A stretch of 64,000 bases of DNA from a virus: positions 1 to 64,000 of IMG/VR virus record IMGVR_UViG_3300027608_000024; one strand, given 5' to 3'. A program made the translations under genes and the position numbers. Below, in pieces: positions 18,028 through 28,686 of this stretch (its first letter is position 1; each line of letters starts with the position of its first letter). Below the pieces are notes generated by a model, which was not told where the DNA came from, searched no databases, and saw only the letters and a list, made by a program, of their open reading frames with translations.

Positions 18028-18759
18028 GTGGCGCGCAAAAAGCTCGACCTTACTGGCGCACTAGAAGAAATCCTTCAAAGAGAACAAGAGGCTCAAAGGC
18101 TTTTTGAAGAGAGTGGTAGGCGCGAACAACTGTTTCGTTCTGAAGAAGAACGTGCAGATGACGAGGCGCTTCTAGAGATAGAACCAGAAACTCTTGACAC
18201 TCCTGAATCTAAAACACCAGAAATTCCAGATCCTTCTGAAGTGATACGCATAGGGCAATCGAACAACAGTTCAAGATCCACAAGTAGGCCGGATGACGCA
18301 TTTAGGCACGGAGATGATTACTACCTAGGTGGTTCACGCACATCCACACGTGTCCAAGGTATCCAATGGATTCCAACAACTTATATAAGCGACAGTATCC
18401 CAGCAATTGACAACCCGTTAGAAAATAGCAAAGCAATGATGTACGGTTTTGACGCTGGAGCTTTTGAAACTGGTGTATTTGGTGACATACTTGTTGCTTT
18501 TGCACGACCATCAAAAGCTCAAAGTCACGCTATTTATGTGTTTTCAGGTAACAGCAAGAGTCAATGGGATTCATTTAGTAATTCTCCCTCTCTTGGAAGA
18601 TCCGTTAAAATTTTATCTGGCGGAAGATTATTGCAAGACGGAGATGAAGCTAGGTATAAAGAGCTACATAAAGCAACAGATACAAAAGATGCATGGGAAG
18701 ACTGGTTATTTGACTATGAAGAATTCCGTAGCATAAGAGCAGGAAACTCTAGGGAATAA
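18028..18759 (+). CDS. Hypothetical protein, KTSC-like C-terminal half
   Basis: STRVQGIQW...LVAF...YVF...WDSFSNSPSLGR. Confidence 0.55.
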   Translation: MARKKLDLTGALEEILQREQEAQRLFEESGRREQLFRSEEERADDEALLEIEPETLDTPESKTPEIPDPSEVIRIGQSNNSSRSTSRPDDAFRHGDDYYLGGSRTSTRVQGIQWIPTTYISDSIPAIDNPLENSKAMMYGFDAGAFETGVFGDILVAFARPSKAQSHAIYVFSGNSKSQWDSFSNSPSLGRSVKILSGGRLLQDGDEARYKELHKATDTKDAWEDWLFDYEEFRSIRAGNSRE

Positions 18760-19025
18760 TGAACAACTTGTACAAAATTGGTAAAGTTTATTGGATACTA
18801 AGGGACACAGGAATATCAAAAGACAAATTATTGTCAACTGGTTTTATGCGCCAAACCTCTGCCCCCTATGCAACTGGTAAAGGTATTCAAATACGCATTA
18901 AAAAGTATGTTTTTCAAATTGGGTTGTGTTCTACACCCAAAACCCTTGCAGACGAAGAGGGCTTGCTGTACGCTGTGCAGGGTCGCATACTGGATACACC
19001 ACCTGGGGAAATTGGAGATTGGTAA
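18759..19025 (+). CDS. Hypothetical protein
   Basis: Coupled ORF in operon. Confidence 0.6.
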   Translation: MNNLYKIGKVYWILRDTGISKDKLLSTGFMRQTSAPYATGKGIQIRIKKYVFQIGLCSTPKTLADEEGLLYAVQGRILDTPPGEIGDW

Positions 19026-19255
19026 TGAAACTGTTCATTAAAAAACAAGCTGAAGAAAAGTTTAAGGGTTCTTCTATTCCTCGTGTCTCTAACATGGAAA
19101 CACAACAGCTAAAGAACTGGTTTAATACCACCATTATGCATCTTGGTGAAGCATATGACTCTTGGCGCTATAAAGACGCACCTGACGAGGTATCACAAAT
19201 TATTACAATGTTAGATGAGATCTGGAAAGAATTGCAGTCCAGAAGTGATAAATGA
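19025..19255 (+). CDS. Hypothetical protein
   Basis: TAATG coupling; GGAG RBS. Confidence 0.6.
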   Translation: MKLFIKKQAEEKFKGSSIPRVSNMETQQLKNWFNTTIMHLGEAYDSWRYKDAPDEVSQIITMLDEIWKELQSRSDK

Positions 19256-20825
19256 ATTAACAGTTGAAGAACAACTTAATGAAGAACAAGAGCAGGGACT
19301 TGATGACTCCAATGAGTTAGACGAAACTTCTGCGGAATTCATTGATCAGTTAGTTTTAAAGCTCATTTTGTTTACAGAAGAGTTTTGTAATATCAAGCTA
19401 TTCCCATACCAAGTTCCAATTGCCTACCGAATTATTGAGTCAATTGTTCTGGGTGATGGTGAAGAAATGACCCTAGTGGCTACTCGTCAGTCCGGTAAGT
19501 CTGAGGTTCTTTCTAATGTTATGGCCTCTATGATGGTTATCCTACCTAAGCTTTCCAAGGTATATCCCACATGGTTAGACAAGTTTGAAAAAGGCTTTTG
19601 GTGTGGTGTTTTTGCCCCTGTTGAAGATCAGGCAGACACGGTGTTTAGCCGTATTGTCAACAAGCTAACTAGTGACCATGCTATGGATTTCTTACTTGAC
19701 CCAGAGATTGACGACAAAGCCACTTCAGGCGGTGCACGTGGTAAGGGCCGTATTATTAGCCTCAAACACTCTGGCTCGCTTTGCCGTATGCAGACTTGTA
19801 ACCCTAAGGCAAAGATTGAATCTAAGACTTACCACTTTGTCATGATTGACGAAGCTCAAGAAGCTGACGAATTCATGATTGCAAAGTCAATCAAACCAAT
19901 GTTGGCGTTCAACAACGGTTCAATTGTCCTTACTGGCACCGCTACTAGGAATAAGTCTTATTTCTATAAGATGATCCAGTACAACAAAAGACGAGATATC
20001 AATGGAAAGCGTAACCATCGTCAGGCTCACTTTGAGTATGACCATCGCGTAGCTTCAAAGTACAACGATAATTACGCCAAGTTTATTTCTAAAGAAAAAG
20101 TACGTATTGGCGAAGACTCTGATGAGTTCCAGATGTCCTACTGTAATAAGTGGATTTTAGAAAAAGGTATGTTTGTCACTGACGAGCGCCTATCCCAAAT
20201 GTACGACGCATCAATGCCTATTGTTAAACAGTGGTGGAGAACACCTATTGTGGCTGGTATTGACGTTGCCCGTACTAATGACTCTACTGTTGTAACGGCA
20301 GTGTGGGTTGACTGGGACCATCCAGATGGGTTTGGGTTCTACGAACACCGAATTCTCAACTGGTTAGAAATCAACAACACTGAATGGGAACAGCAGTACT
20401 TTGAGATCGTTGACTTTTTGCGTAACTATGATGTTTACAGAGTAGGCATTGATGCTCAGGGTGTGGGTGGAGCTGTTACAGAACGTCTACAGATCCTGTT
20501 ACCCCATATTGAGGTTACAGCCGTGTCGTCTGATGCTAAGACCCAGAATGAGCGTTGGGTTCATTTGACTGAACTAATCCAGCGTAATCAACTGGTTGTT
20601 CCAGGGCACTCTAAAGCAAGGCGTACTAGGAACTGGAAGAAGTTTAACCAGCAGATGTCGGACCTAGAAAAGGTTTACCGAGGACCTTACCTTTTGGCTG
20701 CCGCCCCAGACGAACGTGGGGCCTTTGACGACTACCCAGACTCCCTGGCCATAGCATGCTCCCTATCTGTAACTGATACAATGCCTACTATCACTGTTAG
20801 TGAGTCACCCTTCTTCGGACGGTGA
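19215..20825 (+). CDS. terL: Terminase large subunit
   Basis: LFPYQ; Walker A ATRQSGKS; Walker B VMIDEAQ; GIDVARTNDST; FDDYPDSLA; exact start uncertain. Confidence 0.92.
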   Translation: MRSGKNCSPEVINELTVEEQLNEEQEQGLDDSNELDETSAEFIDQLVLKLILFTEEFCNIKLFPYQVPIAYRIIESIVLGDGEEMTLVATRQSGKSEVLSNVMASMMVILPKLSKVYPTWLDKFEKGFWCGVFAPVEDQADTVFSRIVNKLTSDHAMDFLLDPEIDDKATSGGARGKGRIISLKHSGSLCRMQTCNPKAKIESKTYHFVMIDEAQEADEFMIAKSIKPMLAFNNGSIVLTGTATRNKSYFYKMIQYNKRRDINGKRNHRQAHFEYDHRVASKYNDNYAKFISKEKVRIGEDSDEFQMSYCNKWILEKGMFVTDERLSQMYDASMPIVKQWWRTPIVAGIDVARTNDSTVVTAVWVDWDHPDGFGFYEHRILNWLEINNTEWEQQYFEIVDFLRNYDVYRVGIDAQGVGGAVTERLQILLPHIEVTAVSSDAKTQNERWVHLTELIQRNQLVVPGHSKARRTRNWKKFNQQMSDLEKVYRGPYLLAAAPDERGAFDDYPDSLAIACSLSVTDTMPTITVSESPFFGR

Positions 20826-20877
20826 TAAAAAGTGGTAATATTTAAAAAAGAAATGAGTATTCCTTAGGAGGATACAT

Positions 20878-21279
20878 ATGCAGGTAGCTCCCAACCCCAT
20901 GTTCCCAGAAACCGGAATGGCAACTTTTGAGCGTACGTACGCTCCTAGTATGCCCGGCAACCGTGGACCTCTTCGTTTTGAAGAAGGTATTGCAACTGAC
21001 ACCGATGTCCCGTACGACTTTGGTGTAGGTGCCTACGAAGACACCGCTCCGGCCCCTGGCCGCAGCAACCACAACAACCCAGAAATGTTCTACAAGTACG
21101 CCGAAGAGACCATGCGTGAGCGCGCTCATGTTGGTTCGTCGTCTTGGATTGAAGCACCAGCAATGCTTGGTGATTTTGTTCAAGGAACGATGTCTGGTGA
21201 AGGCATGCCTACTTTTGAGTATGCATTTGGATCGGGTGGCTACATGAAGCGCCCGAATCCGACAGTCGTCTATGACTGA
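20878..21279 (+). CDS. Hypothetical protein (probably virion/late)
   Basis: AGGAGG RBS; GPLRFEEGIATDTDVP; followed by a terminator. Confidence 0.75.
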   Translation: MQVAPNPMFPETGMATFERTYAPSMPGNRGPLRFEEGIATDTDVPYDFGVGAYEDTAPAPGRSNHNNPEMFYKYAEETMRERAHVGSSSWIEAPAMLGDFVQGTMSGEGMPTFEYAFGSGGYMKRPNPTVVYD

Positions 21280-21318
21280 TCGCGCCTATCTGTAAACTTA
21301 TCTGTTTACACTAGGGAG

Positions 21319-21348
21319 AAAAGACGGGGGTAATTCCCCGTCTTTTTT
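21319..21348 (+). terminator. Rho-independent terminator
   Basis: AAAAGACGGGGG-TAAT-TCCCCGTCTTTTTT. Confidence 0.85.
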
Positions 21349-21406
21349 GTATCCCGTAATCAAGAGTCTTTGGTAGAGTTCATGTCTCAACAACTCAGGA
21401 GAAGCT

Positions 21407-21577
21407 ATGACTGCCAACGATTACCACTCAATTCTTAACTACCTTTCACGTGTTTCTGTGCGTGGATTTGCTGATGAAGACGAACTGGTAAATCTTATGA
21501 ATAAGGTTAAGAAACACATTAACCGCACAAACAAAAGCAATAACGTGTATACTGACGCAAGCACTAAAGCTGCTTAA
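21407..21577 (+). CDS. Small hypothetical protein (56 aa)
   Basis: AGGAG RBS; MTANDYHSILNYLSRV... Confidence 0.6.
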   Translation: MTANDYHSILNYLSRVSVRGFADEDELVNLMNKVKKHINRTNKSNNVYTDASTKAA

Positions 21578-21601
21578 TTAAGTCACCACTAGGAGCACAA
21601 C

Positions 21602-21877
21602 ATGGAGCAAAAGTCATCACTGGTTGATGACCTGGTGTCGCCTAAAACCCATAATTCTAAATTAGATTGTGGGTTAACTAAGATCCGTACTCAAATGGAT
21701 GAAGAAGCTGCTGAAGCTTTGGATAAAGCAATTGAGATGATCAGGCATGACGCTGGTTCAGGAAGGTCTAAGGTTTATTCTTGCGAATGGCTTACAGACG
21801 TTCTTCGTAAGCACAAATATGACATAAGTTCAAGTACCGTTGCAAGACATGTAGCAAAGAGGTGTAGATGTGAGTGA
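21602..21877 (+). CDS. Small HTH/Zn-binding protein
   Basis: LTDVLRKHKYDISSSTVARHVAKRCRC. Confidence 0.65.
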   Translation: MEQKSSLVDDLVSPKTHNSKLDCGLTKIRTQMDEEAAEALDKAIEMIRHDAGSGRSKVYSCEWLTDVLRKHKYDISSSTVARHVAKRCRCE

Positions 21878-23006
21878 CCTGGCCAAAGACTTAGGTAACA
21901 CCAAGTACGCATTAGGAAGAATTGCTGAGCTTTTAAAGCGCAACGATATTGATGTTGACGAAATTGGAGGTGTAAAGAAAGTCTCCCTGTACCAGTCACT
22001 TACAAAGAATGAAGCCGGCGAAGCTGAGATCCATGACCTAATGGGTATTCAGTTCTCTCCAGCCTTTGAGAGCGGGCCACAATGGCCTGTAATCCAACAG
22101 GGGCCTTCAGTAAAGCTTCCAGTTGTAAAGGTTAAGCCAAGCGTTGCAAATGATTACCAAAAGTGTGTAATCCTTCCAGACATGCAAATTGGTTATTTCC
22201 GAGATGCAAATGGAACTTTGGTTCCCACCCAGGATGAAAGCGCCCTAGAAATATCTATGGCAATTATTAAGTCAGTTAACCCTGATTTGATTGTCATGGT
22301 TGGCGACAACCTAGACTTCCCTGAGTTTGGTAAGTACAGGTTAAGCCCAAGCTACGCCCTTACTACTCAAGCCGCAATTGACAGGGCAACTACTTTGTGT
22401 GCACAACTACGAGCAATTGCCCCTCAGGCACGTATTGTCTGGTTGGCTGGAAACCATGAGGAAAGGTTAGTTAACTATGTACTTGACAACGCAAAAGCTT
22501 CGTTTGGCCTCAAGAGGGGTAACACCCCTGAAAGTTGGCCTGTACTTAGTATCCCTTATCTCTGCCGCTTCGCTGATTTTGGCGTGGAGTTTGTACCGGG
22601 CTATCCAGCTGGACAATTTTGGATCAACCAAAGGCTCAGGGTTATCCACGGCACAAAAGTACGGAGTAACGGGTCGACAGCGCACGCCTACCTTGGGTCA
22701 GAAAAAACGTCTGTCATTTACGGACACATCCACAGGCGTGAATGGGCTGAACGGTCCCGTGACGATTGGGATGGCGCAAAGACCATCATGGCCGCATCCC
22801 CTGGTACGTTGGCCCGCTGTGACGGAGCCGTCCCAAGCACCAAGGGGGCGCTCGACCTGGACGGTCGACCTATGACCATTGTGGAGGACTGGCAGCAAGG
22901 GATTGCTGTCGTTACCTACCAGCCTGGTGAGGGTGAGTTCTGGTATGAACAGGTCCCGTTCCATAGCGGATGCGCTATGTATCATGGTAAATTGTACAAA
23001 TCATAA
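21870..23006 (+). CDS. Calcineurin-like metallophosphoesterase
   Basis: LPDMQ, GDNLD, GNHE, HG and GHIH motifs. Confidence 0.88.
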   Translation: MSDLAKDLGNTKYALGRIAELLKRNDIDVDEIGGVKKVSLYQSLTKNEAGEAEIHDLMGIQFSPAFESGPQWPVIQQGPSVKLPVVKVKPSVANDYQKCVILPDMQIGYFRDANGTLVPTQDESALEISMAIIKSVNPDLIVMVGDNLDFPEFGKYRLSPSYALTTQAAIDRATTLCAQLRAIAPQARIVWLAGNHEERLVNYVLDNAKASFGLKRGNTPESWPVLSIPYLCRFADFGVEFVPGYPAGQFWINQRLRVIHGTKVRSNGSTAHAYLGSEKTSVIYGHIHRREWAERSRDDWDGAKTIMAASPGTLARCDGAVPSTKGALDLDGRPMTIVEDWQQGIAVVTYQPGEGEFWYEQVPFHSGCAMYHGKLYKS

Positions 23007-23022
23007 CTAGTACAATGTCATT

Positions 23023-23334
23023 ATGACCTACCCGTACAAATTTGCTGTCGTTGAATGGATTGACGCTTTTGATAGCGATGGTACATGGGTATACAAAGAC
23101 GAATATGAATTTGACCCAGCACTTCCAGTTACTGTTGGTTGGGTTCTTGAAGGGTTACAAGAAGGTTATATAACAATGGTTTCAACTTTTTGTTTGTTTA
23201 AAACTAAGACAGACATGTACAGTAACATGATGCATATCCCGTCTGGAATGGTTAAATCCATAACATACGTTGATATTCCTGATAATATAAGTAAACCTAA
23301 ACGACAAAACAGGGCAAGGTCTAATGCCGATTGA
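23023..23334 (+). CDS. Hypothetical protein
   Basis: VEWIDA...TVGW...IPSGMV; TACAAT 6 nt before ATG. Confidence 0.65.
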   Translation: MTYPYKFAVVEWIDAFDSDGTWVYKDEYEFDPALPVTVGWVLEGLQEGYITMVSTFCLFKTKTDMYSNMMHIPSGMVKSITYVDIPDNISKPKRQNRARSNAD

Positions 23335-25021
23335 TTTCTGGTCACCAAGTTATCGCGCTTCATCTAGCGACCTTACTGTTGCCATCTCCCCTCTTGGGTT
23401 GGTGGAGTTAGCCGACGAAGAGTTTGAAGTCCATGGACCGCGCCTTAACCGTTATTCAACGTGTTGGGCCTGGTACCTGGGACACCACTGGTCATACCGT
23501 CGTGAAATGGGTGAACAGAACATCACCCTTAACTACATCCGTACAATGTCGGATTACATTACAAACTTCTGTTTTGGTAAAGGCATTCAATGGAAAGTAC
23601 CAGAACAGAATGCTGCCATTATTCCCCACCTTTTGCATAAGGTTTGGGAACAAGATAACTCAAAGCATTACGTTCTTTGGGAAATGGGCCAGCTTGCTAG
23701 TGTTACTGGTGACTGCTTTGTTAAAGTGGCTTACGAAGAGCCTTACGAGGACTCGGCTGGGATGTACCACGAAGGTCGTGTACGTGTTATCCCCATAAAC
23801 CCATCTCATTGTTTCCCTGAGTACCACCCTCACGACCGTGACCGTATTCTTCGGTTTAAGTTAAAGTACCGTTTTTGGGGTACCAGTCCTGAAGGCACCC
23901 GTCAGGTTTACACCTTTACTGAAATTTTGACTGACGACTCAATTGAGCAATACATTAATGATGAGTTGATTGACCAATACGAAAACCCACTAGGCATTAT
24001 TCCTATTGTTCATATCCCTAACATGACTATTTCTTCGTCACCTTGGGGCCAATCAGACATCTGGGACATCATTCCACTTAACCGTGAAATGAACGAAAAG
24101 ATGACTGAAATCTCTGACATTATTAACTACCACGCAGCTCCAGTGACCATTATTACTGGCGCTAAAGCAAGCCAATTAGAACGTGGTCCTAAGAAAGTTT
24201 GGGCTGGGTTGCCTAAAGACGCCCATGTGTACAACCTTGAATCCCGTGGTGAAATGGCTGGAGCAATTGAGTACATTAGCTTCTTAAAGAAAGCAATGCA
24301 CGAAATTACTGGTGTACCTGAAACAGCATTAGGTCAGTTCCAGCCAGTTTCAAACACTTCGGGTGTAGCACTCTCTATCCAATACCAGCCAATGATGAAC
24401 CGCTTCAACATGAAGCGCATTCACTTTACTAAGGGCCTGGAAAAGATTAACGAACTAATCATTCGTACTTGTGCAGTGTTTGAACCTGAAACCCTCATAT
24501 ATAACCCAACCTTGGGAGAACCACCAGAACAAGATCAGCTTCCACAGCTAGATCCAGCTGATCCTCTTACATACCGCACTCAAACACACTGGCCAGAACC
24601 TCTGCCAATTGACGTGCTTATTAAACTTAACGAAGTACAAGCCAAAATGGCTTTGGGACTTGAATCCAAAGAAGGTGCACTCCGCACATTGGGTGAAGAA
24701 TTCCCACGTGAAAAACTTAGTGAAATCTTTGAAGAGCTACGTGACGACGCGGTTGATCAGGGTGCCTTAGACATGCTTAGGGCGCAAATCAATCAAGCTG
24801 TAATGATGGCTACAGGTTTGTTACCAGGCCCTGGTGGATCATCAGTGCCTGCACCTTCTGAAGGTGGTAATGTAGCAAATGCAGGGAACCCGCAGGACCC
24901 ACAAGGCCCCCTGCCTGGTACAGACGTAATGGGTGGACCAGTTGCGGGAATGGTAAACAATATAGTTGCAAAGGCATACGGAGCTAGGTTCGCCCAGCGT
25001 CGTGTTCCTGACGAAGAATAA
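23324..25021 (+). CDS. Portal protein (SPP1 gp6-like)
   Basis: Size; NPLGIIPIVHIPN...WGQSDI; SGVAL; position before scaffold and capsid. Confidence 0.88.
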   Translation: MPIDFWSPSYRASSSDLTVAISPLGLVELADEEFEVHGPRLNRYSTCWAWYLGHHWSYRREMGEQNITLNYIRTMSDYITNFCFGKGIQWKVPEQNAAIIPHLLHKVWEQDNSKHYVLWEMGQLASVTGDCFVKVAYEEPYEDSAGMYHEGRVRVIPINPSHCFPEYHPHDRDRILRFKLKYRFWGTSPEGTRQVYTFTEILTDDSIEQYINDELIDQYENPLGIIPIVHIPNMTISSSPWGQSDIWDIIPLNREMNEKMTEISDIINYHAAPVTIITGAKASQLERGPKKVWAGLPKDAHVYNLESRGEMAGAIEYISFLKKAMHEITGVPETALGQFQPVSNTSGVALSIQYQPMMNRFNMKRIHFTKGLEKINELIIRTCAVFEPETLIYNPTLGEPPEQDQLPQLDPADPLTYRTQTHWPEPLPIDVLIKLNEVQAKMALGLESKEGALRTLGEEFPREKLSEIFEELRDDAVDQGALDMLRAQINQAVMMATGLLPGPGGSSVPAPSEGGNVANAGNPQDPQGPLPGTDVMGGPVAGMVNNIVAKAYGARFAQRRVPDEE

Positions 25022-25070
25022 TAAGTACATTAACTCAGCCCACATAAGCCCAACCAATAGAGGTAAAGAC

Positions 25071-25850
25071 ATGTCAGTTCAAAGTAGTGAAGACGGTATT
25101 ACAATCCCTGTAATTCAAGAGCAAGCTCCTGTACAGGAATCACGTGCCGAAGAGAAGTACTTTTCTGAAGATGAAGTCCAGAAGATTCGTCAGCAGGAAA
25201 AGGGCAAGATGTATAAGCGTCTTGAAGATGCTGACCATCGTGTCAAGTCAATGGAAGAGCAGTTGAACGTACTCAGTTCTGAGCGTGAGAAGGCAATCAA
25301 AGAAGCTGAGGAGCGCGCTCGTAAAGAAGCAGATATCCTCCGTCAGCGTGAAATTGAAGAGCTTTCCGCAAAAGAACTTCTCGCAAAGCGTGAAGATGAG
25401 TTCAACAGCCGTATTAACCAGGTTGAGCAAGAGTGGGGCCAGAAGTTCTCTGAACTTGAAAAGCAACGCCAAGCGCAAGATGCACTCCTTGAAAAAGAGC
25501 GTAGTCTTCAGCAACTTGAGTCATACCGCCAACGACGTTTGCAAGTTGAGCAAGAAACAATTATCCCTGAATTACGCGATCTGATTTCAGGTAACACTGA
25601 AGAAGAGATCGACAATAGCATTGCAGTACTTCGTGAACGAAGTAATGCTATAATCGAATCAATCCAGAGGACGAGCCCACCAGCCCGCCCTAAGGGGGCG
25701 TCTTTAACGGCTCCTCCTTCTGGACCACTGGATAACCAATCGGAATACCAGACGTTAAGTGCGGAAGATATCCGCAACATGCCGATGGATCAATACGTGA
25801 AGATGCGTGACAGGCTAATGAATGCCCGCCCTCAACGAGGTCGGTTTTAA
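25071..25850 (+). CDS. Capsid scaffolding protein
   Basis: Charged coiled coil; C-terminal DIRNMPMDQYVKMR; precedes capsid gene. Confidence 0.8.
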   Translation: MSVQSSEDGITIPVIQEQAPVQESRAEEKYFSEDEVQKIRQQEKGKMYKRLEDADHRVKSMEEQLNVLSSEREKAIKEAEERARKEADILRQREIEELSAKELLAKREDEFNSRINQVEQEWGQKFSELEKQRQAQDALLEKERSLQQLESYRQRRLQVEQETIIPELRDLISGNTEEEIDNSIAVLRERSNAIIESIQRTSPPARPKGASLTAPPSGPLDNQSEYQTLSAEDIRNMPMDQYVKMRDRLMNARPQRGRF

Positions 25851-25888
25851 CTAAAACCCAATAAACCTATCCATCGGAGGATATTAAT

Positions 25889-26977
25889 ATGGCATTACCC
25901 GCCCCCCAAGGAGGTGCGATTACCGGAGCAGGTCTTGGTTCAATTTCCACGACCGGTTACTCCAGTGATAGTACCCTTTCACCCGCAATCCAGCAGATCT
26001 GGTCCAAGGAAATCTTGTTCCAGGCTATGCCGGTTCTTCGTTTTGAACAGTTCGCTGTCAAGAAGACCGAGCTTGGCGTTCAGCCTGGTTTGACCATCAA
26101 CTTCATGCGCTACAACAACTTGGCAGTCAGCGAAACCGCTGGCGCAGCCTTGTCAGAAGGTGTGCGTATGGAGCCGGTAGCCCTTTCGGCTAGCCAGATC
26201 CAGATTACCGTGTCAGAACACGGACAGGCCGTTGCCGTTACCGAATTGTTGCTCAACGCAGCATTCGATGACGTTATGGCTTCGTCTTCACGTTTGCTCG
26301 GTCGTCACATGGCACAGAGCATGGACATCCAGGCTCGTAACACCCTCTACTCGAATGGTGTTCCGTTTGCTGGTGGATCAGCTGTAGCTCCGAGCGTTGT
26401 CTTCGGTCGCAAGACCTTGGGTTCAACCCGTGGCTCAATTGCTCCGTACGATGCTGGCACCCTTGGTACCGCTTCGTCGCCTGGCTACCTCAGCCCTGCC
26501 TCAATCAAGGACGCAGTTGAAGTCCTCGCTGGTCAGAACATCCCGCGTTTGGGCGACACCTACGTGTGTTTCGTCCACCCGTCGCAGAGCCGCTCGCTCC
26601 GTGACTGGCCGGAATTCATCGAAGTCACGAAGTACGCCGCTCCCGGCAACTTCATGCTCGGTGAAATCGGTCGTTTGTACGACGTAGTGTTCATTGAGAC
26701 CACGCAGGTCAAGCAGGGTCTCACGATTCCTGCTGACATTGACTCAGTGACCGCAGGTGCTCAGGCTCCTGATGCTGCTTCATACAGCGCAATCATGATT
26801 GGTGACAACGCATTCGGTCACGCTATTGCCCTCCCGGTTGAACTCCGTGACGGTGGTGTCATTGACTTCGGTCGTGAGCACGGCTTGGCTTGGTACGCAA
26901 TTTGGGGCTTCGGTGTTATCACCCACGAGTCTCGCGTCATCATCAACACCAAGGGTGGAGCAATTTCGTCCACCTGA
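25889..26977 (+). CDS. Major capsid protein (N4-gp56-like family)
   Basis: F+QFA, EG, EHG, YVCFVHP, GEIGRLYDVVF, DFGRE; strongly biased codon usage. Confidence 0.92.
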   Translation: MALPAPQGGAITGAGLGSISTTGYSSDSTLSPAIQQIWSKEILFQAMPVLRFEQFAVKKTELGVQPGLTINFMRYNNLAVSETAGAALSEGVRMEPVALSASQIQITVSEHGQAVAVTELLLNAAFDDVMASSSRLLGRHMAQSMDIQARNTLYSNGVPFAGGSAVAPSVVFGRKTLGSTRGSIAPYDAGTLGTASSPGYLSPASIKDAVEVLAGQNIPRLGDTYVCFVHPSQSRSLRDWPEFIEVTKYAAPGNFMLGEIGRLYDVVFIETTQVKQGLTIPADIDSVTAGAQAPDAASYSAIMIGDNAFGHAIALPVELRDGGVIDFGREHGLAWYAIWGFGVITHESRVIINTKGGAISST

Positions 26978-27000
26978 GTTATTTAGTAAGAATGATGTAG

Positions 27001-27032
27001 TATGGTGGGGGTGGTTAATCACCCCCACCATA
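27001..27032 (+). terminator. Strong hairpin after the capsid gene
   Basis: TATGGTGGGGGTG-GTTAAT-CACCCCCACCATA. Confidence 0.75.
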
Positions 27033-27061
27033 TTCATTTATGTACTCAATAAGGAGAAATC

Positions 27062-27328
27062 ATGGCAGCACGTAAGAAGCCCTCAGCATTCACTGCTGAA
27101 CAAGTTGAAGATCAAGACGAGTTCGATTCGGAAGACGAAGTTGTTGTTGCAGAACCAGTGACAGTAATGTCTGCTGACAGCGACTACGTAAACGCCCGTG
27201 TTAAGGGAACATGGAAAATGTTCTGGGGCAGTGATTCTTATGACTTTGTTGATGGTAAGCGTTACAAGCTCCCCAAGGACTTGTATGCCTACCTTCGCAA
27301 GAGCAGCAACATCTACGACACCCTCTGA
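27062..27328 (+). CDS. Hypothetical head-associated protein
   Basis: AAGGAG RBS; follows the capsid gene. Confidence 0.7.
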   Translation: MAARKKPSAFTAEQVEDQDEFDSEDEVVVAEPVTVMSADSDYVNARVKGTWKMFWGSDSYDFVDGKRYKLPKDLYAYLRKSSNIYDTL

Positions 27329-27336
27329 GGTAACCG

Positions 27337-28686
27337 ATGGCCTATATAATCCCCAATGCAACTGATACCACTTCAGGTAACAAGTATGCAGTTCTAGACC
27401 AGGCTGAGCCAGACTCAATTGACTTTGAGATTCTTGGCAATGACAAGACTGGTGTTATTAGCGGTTGCGCTGTAACTCCTACTGTTGCTGGTAGCAATAC
27501 TGCAGTATCAGTTGCTGGGGGTGTGGTCGTACTTAATAATGTGGTTTACACAGTTGCTGAAAACACTTTCGTAACTATCCCACAACCACCCACTACCTCT
27601 ACCTTTGGGCGATTTGACTTAGTTGTAGCACGCCTCAGTGGCTCTGCAATGGTCTTAACTGGCCTTTACGGAACAGAGTCTGCGGCAAACCCAACGCACC
27701 CTAAGTCGTCTAGCCGTTTGGTTTCTACAATTGGAGTAGACGTTTTGTCTTACTTCAATCCTGCTACCGATGTGGTTTTGGCTTCTGTGTACCGTGCTCA
27801 AGGTATTCCCACAGTCCTTGCATCACACATTGTTGACAAGCGTCGTGATATCAACACCCCAATTGCCTACCGAGCAGCCGCTTATCCGGCAGCTACCACA
27901 GGCGATATTGGTGATCTTTACTTGCGTACATCAACGCTCTTAACTGGCGAATCTGGTGTGCATGTAAAGCGCGATGCATCTACGTGGATTCAATTAGCAA
28001 TTACTCCTATTGATCCAGGCGTACCGATTGGGACTGTTATTACCTGGGTTTCTCCAGTTGCTCCAAATGGTGCTGTATGGATTGAGTGTAATGGTGATCC
28101 AGTTTCCCGTACTACTTATTCTTCTTTGTATACTGTGCTTACAAACAGTGGAGCTACGTTCCCTTATGGAACTGGTAATGGCTCAACAACGTTTAACCTC
28201 CCAGATTTCCGTGGTTTTTATATGGCTGGCCTACCATCTGCTGGTGGAGCATTGGGAACTGCTGCTGGAAACTTGGACAACGCAATTGATATTGGGATAA
28301 CAAATATCCCTTCTCATCAACACAGTATTAACCACGGGCACACTGGAACTGCACAAGACGGTGGGGTACACACTCACACCCCAAGCAACGGTGACCAAGA
28401 CTTTGCTACTCGTGGAAGAACAGAGTACCCACCAAATGGTTACCTTGCATTGTATGACACCAACGGAGACGGTTACGGAGACGGCGTAACTTATGCTGGG
28501 GGTGCTGGTAGTGGTATGGCAATTAGCTATAACACAACTACTTCACCCGCACCCACACATACACACACAGTTGATGTCCCACTTTCAAGTGGTTTGGTGT
28601 CTGGTTTTGCTGGACAATCTACCCCTACCCCTATCAACATCCAGCCAAACACAATGTACGTTAAGTACTACATCCGTTACGCATGA
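27337..28686 (+). CDS. Fibre protein with tail-collar domain
   Basis: PIGTVI...WIECNG...SRTTYSSLY...GNGSTTFNLPDFRG; HTH repeats. Confidence 0.82.
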   Translation: MAYIIPNATDTTSGNKYAVLDQAEPDSIDFEILGNDKTGVISGCAVTPTVAGSNTAVSVAGGVVVLNNVVYTVAENTFVTIPQPPTTSTFGRFDLVVARLSGSAMVLTGLYGTESAANPTHPKSSSRLVSTIGVDVLSYFNPATDVVLASVYRAQGIPTVLASHIVDKRRDINTPIAYRAAAYPAATTGDIGDLYLRTSTLLTGESGVHVKRDASTWIQLAITPIDPGVPIGTVITWVSPVAPNGAVWIECNGDPVSRTTYSSLYTVLTNSGATFPYGTGNGSTTFNLPDFRGFYMAGLPSAGGALGTAAGNLDNAIDIGITNIPSHQHSINHGHTGTAQDGGVHTHTPSNGDQDFATRGRTEYPPNGYLALYDTNGDGYGDGVTYAGGAGSGMAISYNTTTSPAPTHTHTVDVPLSSGLVSGFAGQSTPTPINIQPNTMYVKYYIRYA

